Shown here piece by piece: positions 48,994-58,855 of a stretch of DNA of 64,000 nucleotides. Both the position numbers and the translations under genes were made by a program. Source of the DNA: Polyangiales bacterium (lineage in GTDB: Bacteria > Myxococcota_A > Polyangia > Polyangiales > Polyangiaceae); assembly GCA_038230375.1 (NCBI GenBank), contig JBBRNJ010000011.1:1-64000 (forward strand). Direction: 5' to 3'. The first letter of the stretch is position 1. Each line of letters starts with the position of its first letter. The notes under the pieces are model-generated. The model was not told the origin of the DNA and ran no database searches. It worked only from the letters and a program-made list of their open reading frames with translations.

Positions 48994-50538
48994 ATGTCAG
49001 CCCCGTTTCCGACGAAGAGCCCCAAGACGGGCGAGGAGCTGTCCGCCGTCACTGCGACGCCGGCCTCCCTTGTCCCCGAGATCGTCCTCCGCGCGCGCGA
49101 GGCGCAGAAGACGTGGGCAGAGATGTCCGTTGCGGCGCGGTGTCGTCGGATCTCGAAGGTGAAGTCGCGGCTGCTCGGGCGCGCGGAGGAGATCGCGAAG
49201 GTCGTGTCCGAGGAGACAGGAAAGCCAGAGGTGGAGGCGCTCCTCTCCGAGGCGCTGCCGTCCGGTGACGTCGTGGACTACTGGACAGCGAACGCGGAAG
49301 AGATGCTGGAGTCGCTCGACGTCGAGATCGATCGCCTCGCGTACCCCGGAAAATCCGGCTGGATCCATCGCGAGCCACGCGGGGTCATTGCGCTCATCCA
49401 GCCCTGGAATTTCCCGGTCGCGCTGCCGTTGCGAACGATCATCCCCGCGCTGGTCGCGGGCAACGCCGTGGTGTTCAAGCCTAGCGAGGTGACGCCGCGC
49501 TCCGGTGAGCTCCTCGTGTCGCTGTTCAAGGACGTGCTGCCGGAGGGATTGCTCGGCCTTGTGCTGGGCGGTCGTGACGAGGGCAAGGCGCTCTGCGAAG
49601 CGGACGTGGACCTTGTGGTCTTCACGGGCAGCGTGGCCTCGGGCAAGAAGGTCGCGGCCACGTGCGCGGAGCGGCTCATCCCGTGTGCGCTGGAGCTCGG
49701 CGGGAAGGACGCGGCGATCGTGCTCGCGGACGCGAACCTGGACCGCGCGGCGAACGGCATCGTCTGGGGAGCGATGGTGAACGCGGGGCAGAACTGCGCA
49801 TCGGTCGAGCGCGTCTACGTCGACAAGAGCGTGGAGAAGGCGCTGACCGACAAGATCGTTGCCGCGGTGAAGGCGCTGCGTCCGGGCATCGACATCGGAC
49901 CCATGACGACCACGCAGCAGCGCGAGATCGTGGCGCGGCACGTGAGCGAAGCCAGGGAGAAGGGCGCAGAGATCCTTGCCGGTGGCGAGGTAGGCGAGGG
50001 CGACTACGCCTATGCGCCCACCGTGCTCTCCGTGAAGGACGAATCGATCGCCCTCATGCAGGAAGAGACCTTTGGCCCCGTGATCCCGATCGTCGGCGTG
50101 GACTCGCCGGACGACGCCGTGACACGCGCCAACGGAACGCGCTTTGGCCTGACCGCCAGCGTCTGGACGCGCAACGTGAAGAAGGGCGAGGCGCTCGGCC
50201 GACGGCTTCGCGCCGGTGTCGTCACGATCAACAACCACGCGTTCACGGGCGCGCTGCCTGGAGCGCCGTGGACCGGTGTGGGCGACTCGGGGTGGGGCGT
50301 GACGAACTCACCGTTCGCGCTCGACGCGCTCACGCGCCCGCGGTTCATCCTGGTCGACAGGAACCGCGCGAAGAAGGAGCTCTACTGGTACCCGTACACG
50401 GACACGCTCCGCGCGATCGCCGTGGCCTTCGCGAAGCTACGCGGCGGCGGGCCGTTCACCAAGCTGGGCGCCATCCTGAAGCTCCTCACGCTGCTTCCCA
50501 GACGACTCATGGGCAGCGACGCGAAGGCCGCGAAGTAG
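48994..50538 (+). CDS. Aldehyde dehydrogenase
   Basis: PWNFP, KPSE, FTGS, LELGGK, NAGQNC, EETFGP. Confidence 0.95.
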   Translation: MSAPFPTKSPKTGEELSAVTATPASLVPEIVLRAREAQKTWAEMSVAARCRRISKVKSRLLGRAEEIAKVVSEETGKPEVEALLSEALPSGDVVDYWTANAEEMLESLDVEIDRLAYPGKSGWIHREPRGVIALIQPWNFPVALPLRTIIPALVAGNAVVFKPSEVTPRSGELLVSLFKDVLPEGLLGLVLGGRDEGKALCEADVDLVVFTGSVASGKKVAATCAERLIPCALELGGKDAAIVLADANLDRAANGIVWGAMVNAGQNCASVERVYVDKSVEKALTDKIVAAVKALRPGIDIGPMTTTQQREIVARHVSEAREKGAEILAGGEVGEGDYAYAPTVLSVKDESIALMQEETFGPVIPIVGVDSPDDAVTRANGTRFGLTASVWTRNVKKGEALGRRLRAGVVTINNHAFTGALPGAPWTGVGDSGWGVTNSPFALDALTRPRFILVDRNRAKKELYWYPYTDTLRAIAVAFAKLRGGGPFTKLGAILKLLTLLPRRLMGSDAKAAK

Positions 50539-50561
50539 CGGCACGTCGCGGGAGTACGCGC

Positions 50562-50954
50562 GTGACCTCGACCGATCCTTCTGGTGCATGCCCCTGCGGC
50601 GCCGGCGCGACCTACGACACGTGCTGCGGGGCGATCCATCGGGGCGCGCCCGCGAAGAGCGCGGAGGCGTTGATGCGCTCGCGCTACTCGGCGTATGCCC
50701 GAAAAGATGCAGACTACATCCTTCGAAGCTGGCATCCACGCACGCGTCCGAAGGCCATGTCGCTCGACGACGACGGCCTCACCTGGACCGGCCTCACGGT
50801 GCACGAACACCGTGTCACCGGGAAGAACAAGGCCACGGTCGAGTTCAGCGCGAGCTACCGCGGGGCGGACGGTGTCGCCGCCACACTGCACGAAAAGAGC
50901 CGTTTTCTGCGTGAGGGCAACGCCTGGCTCTACGTGGACGGCGAGCAGCGATAG
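50562..50954 (+). CDS. ychJ: YchJ family (SEC-C) protein
   Basis: CPCG...CC, AEALMRSRYSAY, LHEKSRF, WLYVDG. Confidence 0.88.
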   Translation: MTSTDPSGACPCGAGATYDTCCGAIHRGAPAKSAEALMRSRYSAYARKDADYILRSWHPRTRPKAMSLDDDGLTWTGLTVHEHRVTGKNKATVEFSASYRGADGVAATLHEKSRFLREGNAWLYVDGEQR

Positions 50955-50979
50955 GTGGCCGTTCGCGCCCGAAGGTCTT

Positions 50980-51711
50980 ATGCCTGCGCAGATGAAGCGC
51001 GCGCTCAAACGGATCGGCGTGGGGGTGGCGGTGCTCGGCGCGCTTCTCGGTGGGGTCGCGTACTCGGTCTTCGGTGACAGCCGCCCCATCACGGACGGAC
51101 AACTGCTGGCGGAGGGCGTGAGCACTGTGAAGGACGGCTTCGTCTCCGTCTTCGTTCTCGACGTTGGGCCCGGAAAGGTGGCCCTCGTGGACGCAGGCAA
51201 CGACAAGGAGGGCACGGCAATCCTGGGCGCGTTGGCGAAGCGCGGGCTCACGAAGGAGAGCGTGGTCGCGATCTTCCTCACGCACGGTCATCCCGACCAC
51301 ACGGCGGGGTGCGCGCTGTTTCCGGCGGCCGAGATCTACGCGCTCGAGACGGAGCTCCCGCTGCTGGGCGACACGGTGAAGGTCACGCACCCGCTTCACG
51401 ACGGGGACCGCACGGACGTCGGCGAGCTGCACGTGGAGACATTCGCGGTGCCAGGGCACACGGCGGGGTCGGCGGTGTTCCTGTCGCGCGGCGTTCTGTT
51501 CTTCGGGGACAGCGCGGGCGCGACGTCGGCGGGGGACGTCAAGAAGGCGGTGCGACTGTTCAGCAAGGATTCGAGCCAGAACTTCGCGCAGCTGAAGGCG
51601 CTCGCTTCTAGGCTTGCGCCACGCGCGGCGGAGATCAAGGAGCTTGCGTTCGCGCACACGGGGCCGCTCGTGGGTCTGGAGCCGCTCACCCATTTCGCGA
51701 GCGCCGACTGA
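50980..51711 (+). CDS. Metallo-beta-lactamase-fold hydrolase
   Basis: LVDAG, THGHPDH, PGHTAGS, FFGD, AH. Confidence 0.88.
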   Translation: MPAQMKRALKRIGVGVAVLGALLGGVAYSVFGDSRPITDGQLLAEGVSTVKDGFVSVFVLDVGPGKVALVDAGNDKEGTAILGALAKRGLTKESVVAIFLTHGHPDHTAGCALFPAAEIYALETELPLLGDTVKVTHPLHDGDRTDVGELHVETFAVPGHTAGSAVFLSRGVLFFGDSAGATSAGDVKKAVRLFSKDSSQNFAQLKALASRLAPRAAEIKELAFAHTGPLVGLEPLTHFASAD

Positions 51712-51714
51712 GGC

Positions 51715-52242
51715 CTAGTACGTGATGACGCTCTCGATGCGCGCGCCGTCGAGCTTCTTGCGGCCTTCCAGGAAAGCGAGCTCGATCACGAACGCGTAGC
51801 CGACGACCTTCGCGCCCTGCATCCGCACCAGGTCGGCTGCGGCCTTGGCCGTGCCGCCCGTGGCCAGGACGTCGTCGACGATGAGCACCTGCGCACCTGG
51901 CTTGAAGGAGCCCTTGTGGATCTCCAGTTCCGTCGTGGAGTACTCCGTGGTGTAGCTCACCTTGTCAGCGTGCGTGGGCAGCTTGCCTGGCTTGCGCGCA
52001 GGGACGAAGCCGGCATTCAGCCGCGCCGCCAGTGCTCCGCCGAAGATGAAGCCGCGCGCTTCGATGCCGACCACTGCGTCGACCGGCTGTCCGATGAAGT
52101 CTTCCGCGAGCGCGTCCAGCACGATGTGAAGCGCGCGAGCATCCGCCAGCATGGGCGTGATGTCCTTGAAGAGAATGCCCGGCGTCGGAAAATCCGGGAC
52201 GTTGCGGATGAGGGCCTTCGCGTACTCGATTCCCTTGTGCAT
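51715..52242 (-). CDS. apt: Adenine phosphoribosyltransferase
   Basis: PDFPTPGILFKDIT, EARGF, RKPGKLP, IVDDVLATGGT. Confidence 0.96.
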   Translation of the reverse strand: MHKGIEYAKALIRNVPDFPTPGILFKDITPMLADARALHIVLDALAEDFIGQPVDAVVGIEARGFIFGGALAARLNAGFVPARKPGKLPTHADKVSYTTEYSTTELEIHKGSFKPGAQVLIVDDVLATGGTAKAAADLVRMQGAKVVGYAFVIELAFLEGRKKLDGARIESVITY

Positions 52243-52259
52243 GGTCGACTCTCAGTCTT

Positions 52260-53036
52260 CTAGGAGTTGCGGTCCGGCTTGGTTGACGCGTGCGCGGCAA
52301 GGCGCTCGGCGAGCCCATGATCGTGCGCGTGCGTGAGATCAAGGATGAGAGACGTGAGCGACGCGACGCCTTGATCGAACACGGCCGTGTCCGTGCCCTC
52401 TTCCTGGGAGTTCGACACCGTCGGTCCGCCGATCCAGTAGTAGGCGCGCCCGCGCGGGTCCTTGCGCTCCACGATGATCTCCTCGTAGATGCGGGTGCCG
52501 AGCTTGACGGAGCGCACCTCGCCCGTCCACGGCTTCGGCACGTTGAGGGAGAGGAGCGGCGCGCGCCCGTGCGATTTGTGCGCGCACAGCGAGAGCGCCA
52601 GCTTCGATGCGACGGCGGCGACCTCCGCAAGGGCGGCCTCGTGGTGAGCGCTGACGGCCAGCGCCGGGATGTTGCGTAGCGCGCCCTCTCGCGCGGCCGC
52701 CACGGTCCCCGAGTAAAAGACGTCCTGCCCCAGGTTGAGGCCGCGGTTGATGCCGGACACCACCACATCGGGCCGGCGCGGAAGGAAGCGCGTCTCTCCG
52801 TGAAGTGCAAGATACACGCAATCGGCGGGCGTTCCGTCGACCGCCCAGATGCCGGGCTCCGCCTCGAACGCGCGCAGCGGTCGAGCCAGCGTGAGCGCGT
52901 GGCTCGACGCGCTCTGCTCGGACGAGGGCGCGACCACAACCACGTCGAACGCCTGGGCGAGCACTTCGCGCGCCGCGCGAATGCCCTTCGCGAAGAATCC
53001 GTCGTCGTTCGACAGGAGGAGGAGCGGCCGTGTCAT
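52260..53036 (-). CDS. surE: 5'/3'-nucleotidase SurE
   Basis: SNDDG, GTPADCV, SGINRGLN, YSGTVAAA. Confidence 0.95.
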   Translation of the reverse strand: MTRPLLLLSNDDGFFAKGIRAAREVLAQAFDVVVVAPSSEQSASSHALTLARPLRAFEAEPGIWAVDGTPADCVYLALHGETRFLPRRPDVVVSGINRGLNLGQDVFYSGTVAAAREGALRNIPALAVSAHHEAALAEVAAVASKLALSLCAHKSHGRAPLLSLNVPKPWTGEVRSVKLGTRIYEEIIVERKDPRGRAYYWIGGPTVSNSQEEGTDTAVFDQGVASLTSLILDLTHAHDHGLAERLAAHASTKPDRNS

Positions 53037-53058
53037 CGGCCATGTACGATAGCGCGCA

Positions 53059-55137
53059 ATGACCGCTCTCGTCCCGCCCAAGCGACGGCGCACGGATCCC
53101 ACGCAGGACACGTACTTCGGCGTCACAGTGACGGACCCGTATCGCTGGCTCGAGGACGGCGATACGCCGGAGGTGCGCGCCTTCACGGACGAGGAGAACG
53201 CACGCACCGACGCATACCTGGACGCCGTGCCTGAGCGCGAGGACCTTCGCGCACGCATCTCCGCCCTCCTCATGCTTGGCGTGACTGGCGCTCCCGCGAT
53301 GCGCGTCGATCGCAACGGGACGCGCCGCTACTTCCACATGAAGCGCACGGGCGCGCAGAGCCAGATGGTGCTCTACGTCCGCGAAGGTGTGGATGGCGTG
53401 GATCAGGTCCTGGTCGATCCCGCCGGACTGTCAGTCGACGGCACCACCGCGCTGGACTGGTGGTACCCGTCGCGCTCCGGCGAGCTCTGCGCATGGGGCC
53501 GGAGCGAGAGTGGCAGCGAAGAGAGCACGCTCTACGTCCGCGACACGCGCACCGGCAAGGATCTCCCGGACACCATCCCGCATACCCGGCATGCGACCGT
53601 GTCGTGGCTCGCGGACCAGAGCGGGTTCTTCTACACGCGCTTTCCGGAGCCGGGCTCGGTGCCCGCGGGCGACGAGAAGTACGGCTCGAAGGTGTTCTTC
53701 CACAAGCTCGGCGACGACCCGAAGAGTGATCAGCTGATCTTCGGAGAGGGACGCGAGAAGACCGACGTGCCCGGCGTGGGCGTGTCGCCGAACGGGCGCT
53801 GGGTCGTCGTCACCATCCACGAGGGGTGGGACAAGAGCGAGGCGCACGTCTGGGATCGGCAGGCTACGGGTCAAGGATCGCCACGCTTCGAGAAGGTGCC
53901 CAGTGATGGGCGCGTGCTGCTCACGCCGATCGCACGCGACGACCGGCTCTACATCCACACGAACGACGGCGCGCCCAGATATGCGCTCTACGCCGTGCCA
54001 TACGATGCGCTCGCGCGTGATCGCTGGACGTGTGTGCTGCCCGAGGGGCCCGACGTGCTGGAGGACGTGGCAGTCACCACGAAGGAGATCGTGGCCACAT
54101 ACCTGCATGATGCATCCAGTCGCGTGGAGCGCTTCACGCTCGAGGGCGACAGGATCGGCCAGGTGCGGCTGCCAGAGATTGGCACCGCAGGCGTGTCGGC
54201 CCCGCTCGAGGGCGGGGAGATCTTCGTGTCGTTCACGTCGTTCATGGTGCCGCCAGAGGTGCTTCGACTGGACACGACGCACCCCGGCGCAGAGCTCCTG
54301 GTATGGGAGCGCGTGGCGCTTGGCTTCGCGCTGCCGGACGTGGACGTTCAGAGGATGTACGCGACCAGCAAGGACGGCACCCGCGTGCCCATGTTCGTGA
54401 TCTCGAAGAAGGGACTTGCGCGCGACGGAGAGCGCCCCACGGTGCTGTACGGCTACGGCGGGTTCAACGTGAACCAGACGCCGGGCTTCTCGGCGCGCGC
54501 GCTGACCCTGGTGGAGGGTGGCGGCGTCTGGGTCTCGGCCGTCCTGCGCGGAGGCGGGGAGTTCGGCGAGGCATGGCACCGCGCCGGCATGCTGGAGAGC
54601 AAGCAGAACGTCTTCGACGATTTTTACGCCTGCGCGGAGACGCTCATCCGCGAGAAGGTGACGTGCCCCGCGAAGCTCGCGCTGATGGGAGGCTCCAACG
54701 GCGGCCTGCTCGTAGCCGTCGCGGCCACACAGCGGCCCGAGCTCTTTCGCGTGGGGCTCTCGCTGGTACCGCTCACGGACATGCTGCGGTACCACCTGTT
54801 CCGGATCGGCAAGCTGTGGGTGCCGGAGTACGGCAGCTCGGAGGACGCGTCGCAGTTCAACGCGTTGCATGCATATTCCCCGTATCACGCGGTGAAGGAC
54901 GGCGTTCGCTACCCGAGCATGCTCTTCACCACCGCGGAGAGCGACTCACGCGTCGACCCACTGCACGCGCGCAAGATGGCTGCTCGCATGCAGGACGCGC
55001 AGGGAGCCCCGTCGCATCCCATCCTCCTCCGCGTGGAGACGAAGGCGGGTCACGGCGCGGGCAAGCCGCTCGCGAAGGTCGTGCTGTCAGTGACGGAGGA
55101 GATGGCCTTCGTGCTCTCCGAGCTGGGTCGAAAGTAG
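53059..55137 (+). CDS. Prolyl oligopeptidase (S9A)
   Basis: DPYRWLE, YGYGGF, GGSNGG, DSRV, AGHG. Confidence 0.95.
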   Translation: MTALVPPKRRRTDPTQDTYFGVTVTDPYRWLEDGDTPEVRAFTDEENARTDAYLDAVPEREDLRARISALLMLGVTGAPAMRVDRNGTRRYFHMKRTGAQSQMVLYVREGVDGVDQVLVDPAGLSVDGTTALDWWYPSRSGELCAWGRSESGSEESTLYVRDTRTGKDLPDTIPHTRHATVSWLADQSGFFYTRFPEPGSVPAGDEKYGSKVFFHKLGDDPKSDQLIFGEGREKTDVPGVGVSPNGRWVVVTIHEGWDKSEAHVWDRQATGQGSPRFEKVPSDGRVLLTPIARDDRLYIHTNDGAPRYALYAVPYDALARDRWTCVLPEGPDVLEDVAVTTKEIVATYLHDASSRVERFTLEGDRIGQVRLPEIGTAGVSAPLEGGEIFVSFTSFMVPPEVLRLDTTHPGAELLVWERVALGFALPDVDVQRMYATSKDGTRVPMFVISKKGLARDGERPTVLYGYGGFNVNQTPGFSARALTLVEGGGVWVSAVLRGGGEFGEAWHRAGMLESKQNVFDDFYACAETLIREKVTCPAKLALMGGSNGGLLVAVAATQRPELFRVGLSLVPLTDMLRYHLFRIGKLWVPEYGSSEDASQFNALHAYSPYHAVKDGVRYPSMLFTTAESDSRVDPLHARKMAARMQDAQGAPSHPILLRVETKAGHGAGKPLAKVVLSVTEEMAFVLSELGRK

Positions 55138-55144
55138 GGGCCAG

Positions 55145-55771
55145 TCAGTCCACGCGGCCGCCGGTCGTGAGCTCTACGACGCGACGGAACGAGCGAGCGA
55201 GCGCGCGGAACAGCTCGTAGATCGCGGACCGTTCCGGACTGCCTTCACCAAGGGCGATCTCGTAGGTGGCGCTCGTGTCGGACTCCGCGACGCGCACGTG
55301 TGGCACCTGCGCCAGGATCGCGTTCACGGCGGCGTTGTCCTTGAGCACCTCCGCACGGAACCGGGTGACACCATGCTTCTGCGCAAGGGCGACCAGCTCC
55401 AGGAGCAGGATGCGCCCCACGCCGCAGTGCTGGAACTGGTCGATCACAGTGATGGCAGACTCTGCGACGTCGCGCTGTTCCTTCATCCGCACGAAGCGAG
55501 CCACACCGACTCCGCGCTCGGCCTTGAGATCTGGCGTGGGCAGCATGGCAACGATGGCGACGTGATCGTCCTGGTCCACGTCGGACAGCTGTGAGAGCAC
55601 TGCTTCGGAGGGCTCCAGGTGCGAGCGGAAGAACCGCCGCATGGTGGTCTCCTCCGACAGGGACTCGATCGCGCGCCGCAGCTCGTCCTTGTCGTCCTTC
55701 CGTAGCGGACGAACGATGATCCGCGTCCCGTCGGGTAGGGCGTGCGGGTGCTCCCAGTCCTGCTCTCTCAC
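55145..55771 (-). CDS. GNAT N-acetyltransferase
   Basis: LPDGTRIIVRP, RRFF, GVARFVR, QHCGVG; GTGA overlap with the phosphatase stop. Confidence 0.85.
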   Translation of the reverse strand: MREQDWEHPHALPDGTRIIVRPLRKDDKDELRRAIESLSEETTMRRFFRSHLEPSEAVLSQLSDVDQDDHVAIVAMLPTPDLKAERGVGVARFVRMKEQRDVAESAITVIDQFQHCGVGRILLLELVALAQKHGVTRFRAEVLKDNAAVNAILAQVPHVRVAESDTSATYEIALGEGSPERSAIYELFRALARSFRRVVELTTGGRVD

Positions 55772-56889
55772 GGTCCGCCTCCGCTGGCCGCGTGCGAGAC
55801 GGGCGTCTGGAGCGTGCGCGTGAAGAGGCGCTTCCCGGTGTCGTTCACGAACTCCATGGTGAGGTCTGTCTCGGTGGCCACGCCGTAGATGAACCCCAGG
55901 TCGGTGGACTGGAAGCGCGTCAGGTTGCTTCCGGGCAGCGTGGTGGCCTCCGCGCCAGTGCCGGCGACCAGGAGCTCGGTGCCGTTGCACGTGGAGGTGA
56001 GCCACTGCATGGAGTGGTCGTGCCCGCAGAGGTATGCGTCCGCGTTGCCGCAGACCAGTCCCTCCACGAACGTCTTCACGTTGATGCCGGAGAACGAAGG
56101 CGGCCGCGTGAGGCCATTGTAGCTGCCGGCGTTCCCGTGCGGACCGTTCGACATGTATGGATGATGCCCGTAGGCGAGCTTCCAGCGCGCGCGGCTCTTC
56201 TGCATGGCGGCCTTCATCTTCGCGGATTGCTCGTCGGCGCGCTCGAAATTGGCCATGTTGGTATCGAGCGCGAAGATATCCAGCGGCCCGAACGAGAGCG
56301 TGTAGAAGGCGTCGGGCATCTTCCACTTGTGTGAGCGCTTCGAGTAGAGCACCTCGTTCACGCCCCGAGCGAAATCGGTTCCAAGGCCGTCGGCACCGTA
56401 GTCATGGTTGCCGAGCACCGGATAGAACGGCACGTCGACGGGCGCGAACACCTTCTCGAAGCGCTCGACGATCAGCGGATCATCGGGCGCCGCAATCCCG
56501 CTGTTGTAGACGTTGTCGCCAAGGAGGAGCGCGAAGTCACAGCCATCCGCGGCACACTTCTTTGCGATCGCCTTCGCCACGCGACGAGCGCCATCGTTGC
56601 CCTTGCCAGTGTCACCGAGCGCGACAAAACGAACGGAGCGGGAAGGGGGAAGAGGGGAGGCGAAGGTCGAGGTCGAGGTCGAGGGCAAGGTCGAGGGCAA
56701 GGTCGAGGTCGAGGTCGAGGTCGAGGTCGAGGTCGAGGTCGAGGTCGAGGTCGTCGTCGAGGTCGTCGTCGAGGTCGTCGTCGAGGTCGTCGTCCCGGTC
56801 GTCGTCTCCCCCTCGTGCGAATCCCTGCACGCACCCCCCACGAGGGCCGCCAGCGCGACGGCGGCTCGGGCGTGCGGGGACAGTCTCAT
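55768..56889 (-). CDS. Metallophosphoesterase lipoprotein, tartrate-resistant acid phosphatase-like
   Basis: GDTG, GDNVY, GNHD, GHHP, GHDH; lipobox GGAC followed by a Thr/Ser linker. Confidence 0.9.
   Translation of the reverse strand: MRLSPHARAAVALAALVGGACRDSHEGETTTGTTTSTTTSTTTSTTTSTSTSTSTSTSTSTSTLPSTLPSTSTSTFASPLPPSRSVRFVALGDTGKGNDGARRVAKAIAKKCAADGCDFALLLGDNVYNSGIAAPDDPLIVERFEKVFAPVDVPFYPVLGNHDYGADGLGTDFARGVNEVLYSKRSHKWKMPDAFYTLSFGPLDIFALDTNMANFERADEQSAKMKAAMQKSRARWKLAYGHHPYMSNGPHGNAGSYNGLTRPPSFSGINVKTFVEGLVCGNADAYLCGHDHSMQWLTSTCNGTELLVAGTGAEATTLPGSNLTRFQSTDLGFIYGVATETDLTMEFVNDTGKRLFTRTLQTPVSHAASGGGP
56661..56805. repeat. (GTCGAG)n tandem repeat 2, coding for a Thr/Ser linker
   Basis: Directly visible; in frame within the phosphatase gene. 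Confidence 0.92.
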
Positions 56890-57060
56890 ACGGACATTCG
56901 CTACGCGGGCTTCGACGTTTCGTCAACGCGAGGAGAACGGAGCATCACTTCGAGGTTGAACATGTGGACGAGCCCGAAGGGCGAGGACCTTGCGCGAGAC
57001 GCCCGACCGCAGGGAGGAAAGTCTTGAACATGTGGGTGCGTTGTTGGTATCGGAAAGGTC

Positions 57061-57585
57061 TTGAAACAGATCCTGCCGTACGAAGTCAGAACATCGAAGA
57101 TCGCCGGACGCGGAGTCTTCGCCACGCGCGCCATTCGCAAGGGCGCACGCGTCATCGAATACACGGGCGAGCGCATCACGCACCAGGAGGCCGACGTCCG
57201 GTACGACGACGAGGCGATGGCGCACCACCACACCATGCTCTTCTCGCTGGACGATGTGTGGTGCCTCGATGCCATCCGTGAGGGCAACGACGCGCGCTAC
57301 ATCAACCACTCGTGCGAGCCGAACTGCGAGGCCATCCAGGAGGGCGACCGCGTCTTCATCTTCGCCATGGTTCCGATCCGCGAAGGCACGGAGCTCACCT
57401 ACGACTACCGGTACGACTACGACGACAGCATCAGCCTGGCGAAGGCCAAGCGGGTCTATCCCTGCCACTGCGGCGTGCCCTCGTGTCGCGGAACGATCGT
57501 CAGGCGGCGCCCCGGTGAGAAGGCAGCAAAGAGCACGCGTCGCAAGAAGATCGCTCGCGGCGGCGCAGAGCTCAGCGCGCGCTGA
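57061..57585 (+). CDS. SET domain protein with post-SET motif
   Basis: GRGVFA, EYTGE, ARYINHSCEPN, ELTYDY, CHCGVPSCRG; TTG start. Confidence 0.92.
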   Translation: MKQILPYEVRTSKIAGRGVFATRAIRKGARVIEYTGERITHQEADVRYDDEAMAHHHTMLFSLDDVWCLDAIREGNDARYINHSCEPNCEAIQEGDRVFIFAMVPIREGTELTYDYRYDYDDSISLAKAKRVYPCHCGVPSCRGTIVRRRPGEKAAKSTRRKKIARGGAELSAR

Positions 57586-58741
57586 CGGGCAGCCTTCGTT
57601 TGCGCGACGGTAGCGCGGAGTCGGCCTGCACGAGCTGACCGCACGCGGCGTTGGCGTCGCGGCCGCGGTTCCGCCTCACGGTGCACAGTGCGCCGCGCTC
57701 GTGGAGCAGCTTCGCGAACTCCGCCGCACGGGGGCTCTCTGTATGCGCCGCGCCTTCCACGGGGTTCCACGGAATGACATTCACGATCGCCTTGAGGCCG
57801 GACGCGAAGGCCGCAAGCCGCTCCGCATCCGCGTCCGTGTCGTTCTCGCCGGCCAGCAGCACGTACGAGATGAGGAGCTTCTCGTGCGGGCGGAGCTTGA
57901 TGCGCGCGAGGACGTCACGCAGCTCCGCGAGCGACCAGCGCCTTGCGACTGGCATGATGCGGGCGCGCGCCTCGTCCGTGGTGGCGTTCATGCTGAGCGC
58001 AAGATTCGGGCGGTGCGGATCGTCTGCGAGCGCCACGAGCCCCGGCAACCAGCCGGCGGTGGAGACGGTGATGCGTGACAGCGCGATCCCGAGGCCGCGC
58101 GGGTCCGAGAGCACCCGCACGGCGGCGCGCACCTCCTCCACGTTGTGAAGCGGCTCGCCCATGCCCATGAACACCAGGTTCACGCGCCCGTACTCCGCAG
58201 GCCCCAGGGCCGCGATCACCGCAAGAACCTGCCCGACGATCTCGTGCGCCGTCAGGTTGCGCACGAGCCCCATCTTGGCGGTCGCGCAGAACGTGCAGCC
58301 CATGGCGCAGCCGGCCTGGCTCGAGATGCAGAGCGTCACGCGCGGGCTCCGCGTGTTGCGCGGCATGTGGACCGCCTCCACCCGCAGCCCGTCGTCGAGC
58401 ACGAGCGTCAGCTTCGTCGCGTGATCAGCCGAGCGCACCATCGCGTCGATCCGCGGCAGCGAGAACGAGAGCTGCTCCTCGAGGAAGGCGCGTAGCTTCA
58501 CCGCCACGTCCGGCATTCCGTCCTTGTGCGCATGCACACGCTGCAGCTTGCCGAAGATGTAGGCGGGCGAGTTCGGAGGTGACAATCGCGAGAGGTCGTC
58601 CAGGTGTAGACCGAACGCCCCAACTTTCGTACGGCCCGGCGCTTCGCTGCCACGCACAGGCTCGGACCTTGCGTAGGGGGCCGTTGCGCTGGTCTCCACC
58701 GCATGTCCCTCACGAGTTTCCGCCGCGATACGTCCGGTCAC
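57572..58741 (-). CDS. rlmN: RlmN-family radical SAM RNA methyltransferase (start may be further downstream)
   Basis: CISSQAGCAMGCTFC, MGMGEPLHN, AACGQL. Confidence 0.85.
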   Translation of the reverse strand: MTGRIAAETREGHAVETSATAPYARSEPVRGSEAPGRTKVGAFGLHLDDLSRLSPPNSPAYIFGKLQRVHAHKDGMPDVAVKLRAFLEEQLSFSLPRIDAMVRSADHATKLTLVLDDGLRVEAVHMPRNTRSPRVTLCISSQAGCAMGCTFCATAKMGLVRNLTAHEIVGQVLAVIAALGPAEYGRVNLVFMGMGEPLHNVEEVRAAVRVLSDPRGLGIALSRITVSTAGWLPGLVALADDPHRPNLALSMNATTDEARARIMPVARRWSLAELRDVLARIKLRPHEKLLISYVLLAGENDTDADAERLAAFASGLKAIVNVIPWNPVEGAAHTESPRAAEFAKLLHERGALCTVRRNRGRDANAACGQLVQADSALPSRKRRLPVSAR

Positions 58742-58855
58742 GATGCCTGTCCTTCGCGAAAGTGAAACGCCGGCTTTCGAACCTGAAAGGCTACGACGCA
58801 GTCGGTCGTCTCGACGCGCTGTGTTGAGTGTCGTTGCTAGTAGCAGCAGAGCCGG

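Noticed and set aside
51715..53036. surE-apt pair
   Set aside because: Ordinary nucleotide salvage genes
57061..58741. SET methyltransferase next to an RlmN-like gene as a methylation module
   Set aside because: The genes are convergent, both families are common, and nothing indicates coupling
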